Positions 41,008 through 56,060 of a stretch of DNA of 64,000 bases are shown in pieces. Source of the stretch: Tubulanus polymorphus (taxonomy: Eukaryota; Animalia; Nemertea). The notes beneath the pieces are model-generated. The model did not search any database, was not told the origin of the DNA, and saw only the letters and a program-made list of their open reading frames with translations. Within the stretch, counting starts at the first letter, position 1. Every line of letters begins with the position of its first letter. The position numbers were made by a program, and so were the translations under genes. The stretch is taken from assembly GCF_964204645.1 (NCBI RefSeq), contig NC_134027.1:6294485-6358484 (forward strand). Reading direction: 5' to 3'.

Positions 41008-43932
41008 CATTTTATTTCGAAAAAAAAATCTGAGAAAAAAGGATTCGCTGTAAGAAATGTTTTTCAAAATTCTAATTGAGCGAGGTCGAGCCGATCTGTT
41101 TCAAACTTACAATCAAACTTCTTATACTCAGATATAGGTATATCCTGACATATGCAAATAGCAACTAGCCATACTACGAAGATGTTTCATTTTTTTAAGA
41201 AAATGATGCATTCGTATATAATGCTGTGAGCAGTTGATGTCAAAAGAGGAAACAAGTGCAAATTAAGTACAATCCATCAAATTTGTATAATATACGAAAG
41301 GTAGCTATTACACTGCATTTATGTAACCAGGAAAAATAAAGTAAAAAAATAAATCTACAAGAAATAAGCAGCTGCACTCGTATATAGGGCTTGCTTCATG
41401 CTAACTTCTCTGGAAGATGAATTATTCTTAATTAGTCATTATACTAACGATCATGTCAATCAAGTTATCCCTGATCGTAGAGGATGGATATATTATATAC
41501 ATGTCTACTACTTAAAATCTTTCCTTTTATTTAAAATATGACGTGACATTAATCATATTCTAGTTCAAACCAGGTTCACGAGCGACTGAGCCTGCCTCGA
41601 AGAGATTCTTCCGAAATCAAAGATTCCTCGATGATATAATCCGTATCGTAAACAATTATGGCGATCAAAACCTAGATCTTCGAGAATGACTTAAATTGCA
41701 TTTGAATCTAACAACTTCACATAGATTTCGAGATGCTTCGACGTCTTAAACTGCAATTACATTAGATTAGAATTAAATCAATTTAAGTTGAACGTTTCCC
41801 CGAAGGGAATGCATCAAAGGAAAATCAGCACGCGCATGTTAAAGGTATCGACACGATAGCATTTAAAGGATACGCATCAAGTTTCAACTAACGAAAACAT
41901 ATACGTCGCATTAAAACAGTGTATGCTTAAGTGTCAGAAACTATGCAAAAAAAATTTCCAATTAGTTAATTGAAGACCTTGCAAGTTACAAAAAATCAAT
42001 GGATTTTAGTTCACAAAACTGACGAAGAGGGCAGTGCAGTCAGTCAACTTATGTCGATAGTATTACAGTAAAAGTCAATACGATCTTTTTTATACCGGGT
42101 TTTTCCTTATGTCGATTGATTAGGCAATACAAATGAAGCCTCTGATACGCGGGATAAATGTATCAAGAGATCCAAACGAATCGAGGTTACCGAAGTGTAG
42201 ATATCGAACTCGTCAAATTACGCCAATTCAGCGAATCATCATCCATCAGCCGTGAAAATCTTTACATATCTACAGTTAATTTGCCAAATATGCGCGAGAC
42301 AAATTGTCAAACATTTTGATTAATTACATACACGGCTGGTGTTAATCAACTACCAAAGGTATTGAGCAATAATTAACGATATCTGAAGCAAATCCTTCAA
42401 TTACTAACGACCTCTGTGATCCGTAACCCAATTTAAATAGCTAGTTTGTTGACCCACCTGCATCAAAAAACAAACTCGGCTTGATCACGATTTGAGCGCT
42501 AACGTCCAATTAGCTTTGATTCACAGGTCAGACAGATAGATACATAACGCAATTATACAACATTGAAGGTAAAATACCTAATTATCCGGGACTGCTCGAA
42601 AAACCGCTGGGAACTTATTGCCCTATCACTATTTAAAAATAACTTTTGACAAGGTTAGACTGGATAATTGCGTCAGCGGAGACTGAAACTTAACATCTTA
42701 ATTTCACTGGGATGACAACTAAGAGCTTATCAATTGAGAGTTAAAATGAAAATATAAACTTAAACTTTTTTATGTCATTAGGGATTACCAATGAGAAACA
42801 CGTAATCCAGAATGGGGTTGAATAACAATAACACACATGGGAATAAATTAGCTGTCCTTTCATGGATACTTTCGACCCTGGAACATTCTACATAGCCTAT
42901 GTATATGATGTGAGCTCGTAATTATTGCATATTCATTTCGTCAATTGCGCAATAGATCAGAATTCGAGATTTTTATGCAAATAAAATCTGCGATCAGCCC
43001 GCAAGGTTACCCGAATAATTGTGGTAAACAAAAATACTCCAAAAAAAATAATCACACTGACTATGATAATAGTGTCTATAGTAATAGTCTGCATATAGTA
43101 CAATAGATAATTGACATGAAGCGCATGTTCCCATGCCACAGCAGTTTCACATTTATTAGTTAATTATATACAAGTGATTCTCATTTTCTGGCAATTGTTA
43201 CCCTGAATCACAGCCAAACCACACACACAAATGGCATCCGCATCAACAGCAGCAGAATTTCTAAGGCTTCCAAAGTTGGGATAGTCATCGTAAATAGGCC
43301 TTAATTTTCTATTGTATTCAACAGCAAAGGGTTAAACAAGTGAAAACTTCTAAACAATTGACAGCGCATTAAGTATGATTGGAGGCTGTACTGTTAGCCT
43401 CAGTAAATACAATTATAATACCGTGACTGATCTGATAACTCATCTAATCTCATAATGAATTTCTGTTGACGCCTGCGATTTTTGAATAATCAAATTTTTG
43501 ATGTACGGCCAGCAACGAGTCATTTTTACAAATGACTCCCTCATGTGATGGTCCAAAAGGTTCGCAGCCGAGACATCGGGCCATTATTAGCAAGAAAAAA
43601 CCATTTTTCTACTTAGAAACTCATGAATCATAATCTGTTCATAATTAGAATTAATGATTCCCGAATATGGAACCTTGCAGATATACATAATATTATTTGC
43701 GCTCTAACCTTAACTGAAAATTCCATCTGTTTATATTAAGGACATCCATTAATTTATACTCGGACAATAGAATCATTTCAGTTTTGTATACTTTGCTACC
43801 GTTTTAAAAGAAACACGAATAATGGTCTGTTCAAATAACGGGCAAAAAGATATTCATGTTTTGCTAGATTCGTCAATCTTTATTTCAAATGCCTAAATAA
43901 TAATAGCGCAAACAGAATCAGACCAACTCAGT

Positions 43933-44012
43933 CTTGTGGCAAGTGAGGATCCACCAGGTGCGCTAGCGGGCATGCACTGGGCAATCAAAGTTGGACTTTT
44001 TATCTAGATTCA
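43933..44012. repeat. Dispersed repeat, copy 2 (possible SINE fragment)
   Basis: CTTGTGGCAAGTGAGGATCCACCAGGTGCGCTAG, in the same orientation as copy 1. Confidence 0.7.
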
Positions 44013-45521
44013 ATTTAACTCCATCTAAAAAGTATTCAAGTTGAATTGATGACAGACGAAAAATGTGAATTTTTTTAGCATCCACACTGCATCGGGTTGG
44101 AATTATTTGCTATAATTTCAGAATCAGGCCTGCATTCCTAAAATTGAATCTAAAAATGTTGGAACCCACCCAATATCCAACTAGCAGTCCCAAATGATAT
44201 GATAAAGTGTAGTTTGATGTGACCCATTAAAATGAATACCATTCTCATCATGTTGTCTGCGTTTGTGTTTGTCATTTCTATCGAAATTCTAGTCTCTGAT
44301 GGCAATAATACACATGTCATAACATCTAATCTGAATAATTTCTGAAAATGCCAAATTAGTACTAGATAATTACTAACAATTCTCAATGTATCTCATTTTT
44401 GAAGATCAAACGATTCCTGGCCAAACTGCACTTTTACATTTACCGATCAAAAATACTGTCTTCAAATTCTATCTGAACACGAGGTATTCATCGTGGAACT
44501 TCGGTGAATTGAATCCTCTGACACAAAATTGCAATACGGATTACGCCGTGCAAAACGTGGCTTCTGGAAAAAACACCTGGAAAATAATGCCTTCCTGAGT
44601 AATACCATCGGCGAAGACAAAACTGATCAAATATTTATTTGGCGCAGATAGAGATCGACGTACATTTTCCTAGGAATCGGAACGGGAACAAACAAACTGG
44701 AACATTAGTAGTGAAAACGTTGTGCGTTTTTCGTTCGTTTCAAATGATTCGCATAGTTCAAATAACCAAATACAAATAATTCATAAGTATACAATGATAT
44801 TTCATTTCTTTTTTCTCATGGCGAAGAATCTCTAAGAAATAATACAAATGACTAATGCCGACTAATAATAATGCGTTCAAAATTAATAACATAGCTAGGG
44901 AACTGAGTAAGAAAAATTTCAATTTTCATTGATTGAATCATAAGAGCGGTTTTGGTAATTATTTCACATCAAACATCAAAGGCTAAAAACTTCTGGTTTG
45001 AATAATAGGCCTTATTTAAATGTGTGGTTTTCAATAGGACTAAAAAAATAAAACCAATCAATCAAATAAACAAGGTGTTACAACTTCCACACTCTGAGCT
45101 AATGTGCATTCATCATTTTACACATTGTGTATAATTCCAATTCCGACGAATGAACCACCGTGACACATGTCTAAGAATGTGAAAGTCATATCCCGATCAA
45201 CGAAGAGAAAAAAACAAATCAGAACTTCCAAAAAATGTCGATCACACACGCAAAAATTCAAATCTCTCCGAGAGAAAATATCCGCGATGAAAATTCATTA
45301 CAGATGAATATATTGGATTTAACAAGAATGTGTCTCGTATCAAAACTATTAAACAGACACTACGCTAAAGAGATATACATGATAAATTTATGTCAGAGAG
45401 TCATCTGTACGCATATGGTGTAGGTGGTAGTATAGTAGCTATACGGAGTGGTATGAAGGACCCAGCGGCTGATTGTGAGTAATTTCACGATGCAAGGACG
45501 AACCGGCGAATCAATTGAGCC

Positions 45522-45551
45522 AGAGAGAAAGAGAAATAGAGAGAAAGAGGG

Positions 45552-45591
<40 letters not shown>

Positions 45592-45610
45592 AGAGAGCGA
45601 GAGCGAGAAG
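45522..45610. repeat. (GA)n polypurine tract
   Basis: Read directly from the sequence. Confidence 0.95.
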
Positions 45611-46499
45611 GCAACAATATACCTCGGTACAAGTAGAGACAGCAATGAAAACACATCTAAGAGAATTTCTAACCCTGCGGAATTATAGATTATATGCGAC
45701 AGAAATTATGTGAATGTATTCTATAATGTCTGTATCTGGTCTGGCACATTTTGAGTTAAGATAAGTTGACGTTTTTGATCAACGCTTCAAGGAAGTCAAC
45801 AAATCGTGATTCAAATGTTTCAACTTGAACAAAGAAAAGTATGGGCTATGGTTTTAAATTGTTATTGAGCATTTAGATAATTATACAAGTAATCAAAATA
45901 AAGACAATTTATCATATATTAACACTTCTTCAAACTGCAATACACGACATTTCCTTTACTAAAACTTATGAGCAGTTTCATCGAATTAGCAACTTGTTCG
46001 TGCGCAGAAATATAGAGGGTCATCCTTGATATACAGAGGGTCAGTTAGGTGTGTTGTGGGTTTCAAGACACGGATGTTGACATCGAAAGCCGTCTACATG
46101 TTTTCACACATACACGCACGCATATATATCTAAGCTTTAACTTTTCAAAAAGTGGGTAAAAGGGAATAGAAAGCATTATTGATTAGTTGGATTAGATTAA
46201 TCCCAAGATAATCCCCTATTTAAACAGGGGTAATCAATTCTCATGTCTGGTACCACAGTTAATCTGAACATTCATCACCTTGACAACAGTAAGGAGCAGA
46301 TGGAATAATATGAAATATGACCCCCATACCTTGTAAGTCAAGATCGCTTGCTTGTCACAATTAGACTTTCATCATTTTGATGATAAGTCATTTACATAAG
46401 CCTCGCTAAAAATCTCTAATTTCATAATGTGAGAGAGAATATGCATGAATTCCTGCACATGTTTAATGCTATAAGCGAATAGATTTTGATTTTGATTTT

Positions 46500-46535
46500 G
46501 ACGATGATGATGATGATGACGATGATGCAGATGAT
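46500..46535. repeat. Imperfect (GAT)n microsatellite
   Basis: GACGATGATGATGATGATGACGATGATG. Confidence 0.8.
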
Positions 46536-49500
46536 AAATGAAATTATTCTGGGAACGTCATTTTATCACCTTACACGAGGCATTCGTACAATCTTGACGG
46601 AAAGAATACCACAGTTCAACTTCAAGGATGAAGTTAACGATGATCATACTCATTCACTTTCACTATTTGTCCAACTCGCAATCGAGACATCGGGGAAAGT
46701 ATATCGTGATAACTGTACGTTGTTTTTTACTTTGCTTATTGATCCGTAAAAGTAGATGCCATTGCGCGATCCGTCACTTCCTATTCAGCCGGTCGTTCGC
46801 ATCTTTTTCTCTTGCATTTTCCGGCGATTTGTCGACTCATCGCTATTTACATCGTACACAATAACGACTGTTGTCGCGGCTACAAAAAAAACGTGAAATC
46901 CCGGCATACGACTCCGGGATCGAGGGTTAACTGGAACGAGCGCTCGATTTGGAAACTCATTTTTCCATTCAGTGCGCACAATGTGTTGACTAGTGGCACA
47001 GCTGATGTGGCTTTTGATCATTGGTTTCATATTCATAGTTCACAGAACACTGGCAGTGAAAAGCATCATGGAGTGGAATCGCGTTCGTCACCTGCCACAT
47101 CAAATTGACACCAGATGTAATAAAAAGGAACTTGTTGTAAAACGATCGACAAAACGAAAACATGAAAACCAAGCCCGCCAACTTCGCTTCTCGTCAGGAT
47201 TGTAGAGAACCTCTTGACTGAATAACTGTGCTGCTAGAAATATGATGTTTTTACGTTTGACCACAGTTGTGACGATAAGGTTGCACATGCTGCTTAGACA
47301 GAGTTATCGATTCACCCAAGAATGATATGGTTTTCAATTGACTTTAGGTTAACAATCAGTTCATACAGTCGAGCATCAATTTAGAAGATATGTGTTGTAA
47401 GTCATGCATAAAGAATGGAGAGGAAAGATTCTTCTGAAATTTGTGACAATTCAAGCTGACTTTCGAATTCATGGAGCAATTTCAAGCAAGCCAGGTCATT
47501 GAACTATTTGCAAGATGAGAAACTTGTCAGTCTTAATTGGCACATTCTAATTGAGTGCACAATGAGTTGTCCACGAAATGTTATGAGATGATTCTGAGGT
47601 CAAAAACTGAACAGTTAAATTCACGCGAACGTCTTATTTGCATGAGATGATTCACAGACGAAGCTGAACAAGAGTTCATATATGTACTGCAGACAAAGAT
47701 GCAGTGATCAATGAGATTATTGAATAAAGGCGAATTGAAATCGACGAAGTGCCATAAAAAAGTCGATTTACAATAATTCAAAAATTAATCCTCACTTCTT
47801 CAGTCTAATGGCTTCATCTTGTGTACTAGTGCCCCGTCAAAATCGAATCATATACAGCATTTACTCTTCAACAAAAGACCGACTTTCCCCGATTGATGTC
47901 GTAGACACATTTTGAAGTGTCACGCGGAAAAAGTTTACAAGCGAGACAGCTTGATAAATTCACTTCATTGAGGAAGTCTGCGTGAAGACTAGCTCACGAC
48001 AAGGTTATCTAGGCGTTGTCACCAAAGGCCACTTATAAAGTAACATCAACTTCCACTAATTATGGTCTTTTGACGAAGAATATAAAAATGAAATTTCTCC
48101 GAGTTTGAAAATCGTGTTATCCGAAGTGAGTCATCATGTCCCAAGGGCTGGAGAACAGACCAGTTTAGGCGCATATACAAAGTACCGCTTCGATATTTCA
48201 GCCATTTTTCTACCAGAGATCATTGAGAGTGAACTTCTACAATGCCCACAGCTCGAAGAAACCTTTTCCTCAATTATAGCAAAACTGTTTGATGTCGGTG
48301 TCAGTCGGTGACAGCACGGACACAAAGGACGAAATATTTTTAACAAGCAACAAAAAATCGACTGTATGATGAATTATGAACTTAAATTTGAGCCTTTTTC
48401 ATGAATCGTATTTCCACCCGTAATAGTAAGAGCGACAGAATGAAACTTGAAATGGACGAAAGCCATCTTATGTCAAAACATGAAACTTGTAACAAGAAGA
48501 ACGAAACGATATGACATTTCCAGACAAGTCAGAATATATAGATGCACGCACGCACGCACATATATCTGAATACGAAAAGAAAAAAGAAGCATATTTTGGA
48601 GAGAATTCATATTATCTAATACACTTCGTAAATGTCACGAAAATCAAAGATGATTTCACACAGGACAGGTGTATGGGTATAAACATAGGTAGTGGAATGA
48701 TTTAACTAATTCGGTTTCAAGCGAATTGAATTTGTTTTGTGAGTAACGATCATCACAACAGTAAATCCATGATCAGTGACCTGGTTGCAGCAAGATTTGA
48801 TTTACAAGACCGGAGACGTCCTCGTGCGTCTGAATGTTAAGTAGATTTGATGGAGACAGAAGGCAAATGGCTCCACAAATACAAATGTGAAAGTGGATTT
48901 TTTCAGTCATTCACACATATACATGATGGGAAACGCTGTGTACACTAGCAACAATTTCAATGAAAATCTCCACCAAGTGATTGTAAACATTAGGCACATT
49001 ACATTAGATTCAAATAACATCTAAAAAGACAGAAACCGAGTAGAAAAAGAGTTGTTTTTATCGCGTATTGACACAATGTCACCTACACGTAAGCTCCGGT
49101 AGGTGAAAGTTTACTTGACCGATATACGTGTCGATAAAGTTTGACCATTAGCTCAGAAAATGAACGGTCGAATAGATTTTTAGAAAAAAACATCGACATT
49201 TACCAGTCGACTGACGCCAGACGTCTTGGACAGAAAAATAATGGCGTTTATAATAACTACGCCAATAGTAGCAACATAGCTGAATAGCGTCTGCAGTTAT
49301 CTGTTCACCTGTACTGACCACCACCGTACTGCATTATATGCCACATCTCACAGTTGTCACAGCAGTCGATTGAAGGCGACATTTTAATCGTTAACAGTCA
49401 TATACAGGAAATAGATCTCCGCGTGGTCTCCTCGCTGGATAATAGTGTCAACGAACGCGCCATTTCTGCGCGCTACCGAAATCAATTTTCAGACATGGAA

Positions 49501-52500
49501 CTTTGACCGGGGATCGCGGTCACTGGACAACTGCGTGTGGCGTGGGGTGTGAGCAACAAGTTCATTGTATGCGTTTTACACAGCACATTTGCGACAATGA
49601 AACCCGATCGATGAATTATCACAGTTAAACAATACGTTCGTCATCAATGTATGAATACAGTGGAAATCCTTTAATAATCACTTCCCATTACAAGTAATCA
49701 GAATCATCCTGGCTTTCTTATGGGTTTCTTTCTGCGATCAATCCACGTGTTAGCTTCCTAATACCTACAGTCAAAATACTGGGCATACCAAACCCTCATC
49801 CCAGATCGAATATTATTTACAATAGATTAGATTAGATTTACGGTTTGGCTTTCTAGGTAATAAACCCTCCACGATTTTCTCATTACACTTACTTATACCA
49901 GAAAACAGCGAAAATACTTCTCAAAACTCACCTCCTCCTCACAAGACTGAAGCGATACACAACTTCCCACATATTGGTTTCATGCATAAATTATGATGTC
50001 AGTTGTACGTTACCAAACTCGATCTAACATCAAAGCGTTGACACTCATACTACTATATCTGTCAAATATGTGATGTGCATGAAAATATGGTTCTTGTCAT
50101 CTTGCCATCCATACAAAATCAGATATCCAGAAACTTTTCCAAGTCATTGGGAAGACACCATGCCAAAACACAGCAAATCCCTCTCCATGAAAAATGCTTT
50201 ATGGCTTTTTCAATCATTTCTTGGATATTTTTCATAAATGAAGTAAAAGAGCCTTATCTTTGACCTCACTCTGTAAGATATCACTAATCCTTTCTTACAC
50301 CTGTAGATTTGATTTTGAATTTCAATGAGAAATGCATTGATGATGAAGAATCTGTGATGAACAATCATGAAATTTGTCAATTTAGTTGACCTAAAATATT
50401 TACGTACTGCAACTCTCTAAACTACACTCAAAGTATCTTTCCATCAAAGCAGGCAAATGACCTAAGCTTCTTGATGAGGAATATTTCGTAATTATGTATT
50501 AATACCTTTCCCATTACCGGTAATGACGGACCACCATATATTTACATAGACAAGACACATATTCTCAAAAGGTCATGCATTGAATACGCCACTTTCATCA
50601 CAACGTTCAATTCGATGTTTTGAAAAATGGGCAAATCCTTTTATCACCCGCGTTAACAAATCTACTGAAAAATAGATTCTTAATATTTGAACTGAAATTA
50701 ACGTAAAAATGTCTTTCATCGATCATTAAACGAATGTCCAATTCATCACTAGATGTCAGAAAAAGGACAGAAGTTACGAACCTCATCTCCGCCTGAACCA
50801 ATGAAAAACTTTGACTAGTGTCAATACTCATTATACATTATCAGCTGGTCGACAGAAACAAAAGAAAAGCTTCAGGCCCGCAGTGCCATGTTATTTCTTA
50901 CAAAGTATCGATATACATTCGCTCATTCACATGAAAGAAAGGGTGACATCGACTGATCTGGTGTGGAAAGGTGCAGGCAAAAACCTGATCAAAAGAACAT
51001 CGCAACTGCAACTTGTTTGTAAAGTGCTGCCATCTACATCAGCACGATCGCAGGGCCGACTGCCTTAATTGGAATCGAATTCGTAAATGGTCCCCGTAGA
51101 GATATGGATGCAGTAGTGCCATCTAGATTAGTACAACTGGCTGACAAGGCCATCATAATTGAATTCTGACCACTGGTGGCTTCCAGCGCTGAATGCCAGG
51201 CTATAAACCGTCCCTCAGAGGCCAATGCATCACAGGTAACGTAATGGACTGACCAGACATACAAGTACATGATTATCTTTAATCCTTATTATCCAATTGT
51301 TTTTAGTGTCCTACGCCAGTGTGATGGACAGCTATCACTTTATACAACATGGCAGTTTTATGCATCATTAGGGCCATTTCGGCACGCATAGCACTACAAC
51401 CTTGAGCACTGTTTGATGGCCAAATGAGGCAAACTACACTTCGTGCTAATTTATTTGGTGTTATCGCGCACAATAAACACAGACGAGAATCAGAGGAAAA
51501 TGTGATGAAGGGACCATCTATATTTCGTATTTCAATCTGTTGACCACTCGACCACCGATGATGAAGCCTACTATTTCTGCGAAGCGCGGTAACGGATATT
51601 TTCCGGCCCTAACAGAAACAGAAACCATAAAACACTTTAGAAGCTAATTCTGATTGATTTTTACTGGATGGAGGGAACTTAATTCAATTCAGATGTAAAC
51701 TTAATTTACTTCCGCCCGATATGCAACCTTAGTGAGTCGTTGATTGCTGCAACGTCGACAATTTAAACAGTTCAATGAAGCCTTTCCTCATGAAACGGAG
51801 ACAAAATCATCGCGGCGCTCATTTCGTACGTTTTTTTTGTATTCACTTCATTAAGAGGAGACCGTTCGGTCCAATCGAGCAAATGATACCTAGCGTAAGT
51901 ACCAGCACGCAATTATCATCGGCGAGTTTTCAAGTATGCATATATAATTAAGTTCTGCTTATTATTCATATTTTTTGATGATGCGCGATATACATTAGCG
52001 GCAAATTGTGTCAATAGTGGCGCAAAATTAACCAGGTTTTCCGTCACATGCTACTACGATTTCACTGATTTTAACTCGTAGCAGCAACGTATTAACGTCG
52101 GTAATTTGAGAATTCAGATCACGTTACAAATTACATAAAATCATCGTCCACCCATCGACTTGATAATTGCTGGAAAAAAAATTCGATGACAAGTTCATCG
52201 TTTCATGGCGGATGAATAATTAAAAATTCCGATCACAGAAAAAGGTTATCAACAAGCAAAAAGTAATTACGAACATAATGAGACAGTTTAGACAAGATCT
52301 GAATCAGAACTCCTCATCAGATAACGGGAGAGTTGACCAAATTTACATATTGTATGGCTTTTTCTCATGCTAAATTGTAATAATGGATCCATTGCTGCGT
52401 AGCTTGCGTTAATGCAGTGGGGTCAAACAGGGAGATATGTCTTCAGATCCCAATATCTTATATCAAACTTATGCTTCCATAGATTTCCAATGAGGAAAAA

Positions 52501-54963
52501 CGCAGATTGTGGTCGGTTTAAAGCTTAATCGCTGTGATTTATCACACAATATGGCTTTATTGATTTATTAACAATTTTCTTTAAAGAGCCCAAATGAACA
52601 CATCACATACATTTCTATTCGCCATACCAAGGGAAACATTATACAATTCATGATGGTTCTACATATATGTATAAAATCTATCATTTCGCAGCTAGCAATA
52701 CAAGACTTGGTGACAAACTAGGCACCGACGTGTCAGTCGCTTTGACAAGAAAACTCATCATAGCGATTGCAAGAACAAAAATTAAATATGCCAAAAAGCT
52801 TTCATTCTACTTTCAATGTTGGACAGGACACCTGGGTTGTTCAGAAATGTGCGTAAACCACCTGCCAACACTTCAATTCTACCCCTCCTACCCCGAGATG
52901 ACAATCAGTCAATGAATTCAATTCAGTTGATACTCGTGAAAAAAGTAAACACGTTTTTAAACTGCACGTGCATTTTTCTGTTTTCTATTTCTTTCGAGCG
53001 CACACGTGCAAAATTGGCAAATGCCTTCATAGTTGCCCATTCACTTTTTTATGTTTATCTAGCACCCTTGTTCACTTATATACTTCAAAAACTATATAGA
53101 CACCAACTATCAAATCGCATTGTCGCACACAGGAAGTTGCCGCCAAACTACGAACGTTGCTCATTTCGATGCACATTTTGAAAACATGAGCAGCACAAAC
53201 TTTAATATTCTCTGAAACGATATCAGGAATACTACTAAACGCGGCTTAAGGAAAAAAGGTAATTTTTCGAAAATTCCAATGTCTTATATACGGACGCTTT
53301 TTGTATTTCTTTAATAGATTTTAAATAAACAGCACTGAAATTAACAGGTAAATAACATCCAGAACAATTCACTCATCAGTTAATTTTTCAAAGTTTTCAA
53401 CCAAATAATAATAAATACATCCAGTAAGCATTAACATCATTATCATCATCATCATCATCGACAGATATATCAAGAAGTCATTTTAAGACATTTTCAGTTC
53501 ATTAATTAAAACTAGCCATGAGGATATTGATTTTAACAGGTCGTGAACCTAACGAGGATTAACGTATACCGGATGATACGCTGAAGCGAAAAATGATCCG
53601 GCATGAAATAAAGAGACACCGACGTGTTCGTCATACAAGTAATTATTTCGTCGTTTGCTAGTATCACCGTTATATGACAACACGGCTAAACATGCAAAAT
53701 CTGTCAGATGATAATTCAAAAACCATGTATCGAAGAATTGACTAAATTGAGCGAATATGATGACGTGAGGCGATCTAAAAATCTAAAAAAGTTTTCAAAG
53801 TATTTTTGAAACGTTTGCCTTGGCATAGATAGTTCAATTCATAAAAAAAGAGGAAATGAAAATGAATTTAAGAGACACTAAAAAATTAAGAACATCTAAA
53901 AAGAAAGCATTTCTTATTAGAAAGATTTGATTTATCTAATTCTGAATACAGTACTCGTTAAAATTTGATTCAAATCTAAAACTCACTAAAAATTAAGAAG
54001 ATACATAAAACCTTGTAAATATAGAATAGAATGTCTCAGTAATAATTCATTGGAATTCACTTGATATGAAAATAAACTTAAAATTCATTAAAAACGAGAC
54101 AAAAAATCTTAAATATTAGATGATAATTACAGAAGATAGCATGCCTGATATTTCATTTAATATTTCAAGTTCCAAATATTTTTCATATTAAACGGCATCA
54201 ATGAATTTGATATGCAGGTTGCTTTCATATATTCCAACATTAAAAATTCTAGCCAACATTTTCAAGTTAACTATAGCTAGCAAAAAACCATGGGTGTTTT
54301 TAGCCCAGAAACAGCGGAGTTTGTTTCTTTAATAGTACAGATAAGGCAATTATTAGTCTCAGTTTGGAATAAGAAAAAACAGTTTGAAATTTCGGAAACA
54401 TGGCTTTCCTTTTAAAGAACCATAGTAACATAAATAATATTCAGATTTATGGGGCTAAAATATATTTCATAATCATCAGATGAATTTATCGCTTGTAACA
54501 TCGATCAACTTTAAACATGAATAAATAGAAATACTTTAATAAACTGATCAACCAAACTTTACAATTATCCGGAATGAAGTCCTTGTATATCACTACAATT
54601 TCTTTTTTTCAAGTATGAATATACCACTTGATAAAAAGTTAAATATTCAAAAAACATCTAAAACTAAAAGAAAATCTACCAATAATTCTAAAAAAAAAAT
54701 CTCAGCACTGTGAATACGAAACAATGACAAAATTAGGCAAATGATTTTTTTTAAACCATCACAACAATTTCTCTATAGTTTTCTGAAGAATTATCAATAA
54801 AACGTAATCGAAAATGAAATACTATTTCAAATTCATGTCTACGATAACGACAACAAAAGCGCATCCAGATTCAACTTACCGCCCGCCCGTGCACACTAAC
54901 AAAAGCGCATGTATAAATAAAAACTTTTACGAAAAATATTCATCCGATGCGCAATATGTTTAC

Positions 54964-55003
54964 CTTTGACTCTGTACCTCCAACGTCGAATTGTCCAGTC
55001 CAT
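54964..55003 (-). CDS. Candidate distal alternative first coding exon of ATXN1 (MDWTIRRWRYRVK-G)
   Basis: cgcATGG at 55003 and donor AAG|GTAAAC at 54964/54963 give 40 nt (13 codons + 1), in frame with the 17370 acceptor. It lies at the end of a CpG-rich, UTR-like tract (55000-55320). A competing donor GCG|GTAAGT is at 54880/54879. Confidence 0.33.
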
Positions 55004-55299
55004 GCGAGTTCTTGAAGATTACAAGTATATATTGTCGTGTGTGTGTGCCGTATATATCTTTGTCATTCAACCAGACGTCGATTAAGAACACATTCACGCG
55101 AGCGTCAACAATCAGCGATTCCCCGGCAGCTATATTTTTTCCACACGGCAGCGAGAGAGTATCACCGAGTATCACCGGGTCTCTGTTCCATTTGAAATGT
55201 ACCGGTACTGTTACGCTGTACAGCGTATGCTGCGTCAAGCGATCCGATCAGCTTCAATCACCTTCTCATTATCCGACACAATCGAAATATCTTCGCCGG

Positions 55300-56060
55300 C
55301 AATCTACACTTGTCTCACAAACACCTTCTGTTTATAAATGATTGCGTAACTCACATATATCAATCATATGCCTATATCTATTATGTGTCACTAGAGTGTC
55401 GCGAGGTCAATAGGGACAATATCTCCTACAATGATCACTAGTCAATGCAGTCACGAAAGACAAAGAATTGATATTTCCACCTATTAAGTCAAATTAAGTA
55501 CAAATGATGCCGTGTCAAACGAAGTAGCATTAAAGTACGGTTAATTTTACACATGCGTGGATCGGAAAGTAGCATCTGTTTAAAAATTCTAGTCTCGATC
55601 TACTGATCCATACTGAATGTACTAGACAATATCCACAATCATGGCAATACACGCCACTACAACAATAAATTGAAAAATAATATGATTTGAAAAGACTGAA
55701 ACAGCGACGATGAAAAAAAAACGCCCTATGACAGACGGATTTCTTTTCAAATGAAAATGTCAAAACGTTTATATATTAGTCGGATGAAGTGATACAATCT
55801 TCCCGCCTGAATTCTTCATACCTATTCATCAAGTCTACAACCCGCGCGATGTCTGGAGAAAGCAACTTTTATATACAAGAAGCTCCTCGCTTCCTCACTT
55901 GGAGACAGCGAGCGATCAATGAAAATTCGCTGTATATGTGGATCTCTCCACGCTCCTCTCTCCTCGTAGCGAGCATATACAAAACACTATCTCCCACCTG
56001 CCAATCATCGACATATTCTCCACGTGGCTCCACCCAATATATCATGTGTCTCCATTATTA
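55300..56060 (-). promoter_or_regulatory. Candidate distal promoter region
   Basis: TTTATAAA at 55331-55338 (TATAAA on minus), an adjacent C/EBP-like TTGCGTAA, and a CT-rich segment at 55880-56040 with a CACGTG E-box and CCAAT words. Motif evidence only. Confidence 0.25.

Noticed and set aside
49964-49972. Su(H)/CSL site TGTGGGAA and a few other isolated GTGRGAA words
   Set aside because: Scattered singly at roughly chance frequency, with no paired or clustered arrangement.
52290-52340. CTGATGA words checked for hammerhead ribozymes (also ~6044, 12617, 23221, 53373)
   Set aside because: None has a stem II followed by GAAA and a closing stem III.
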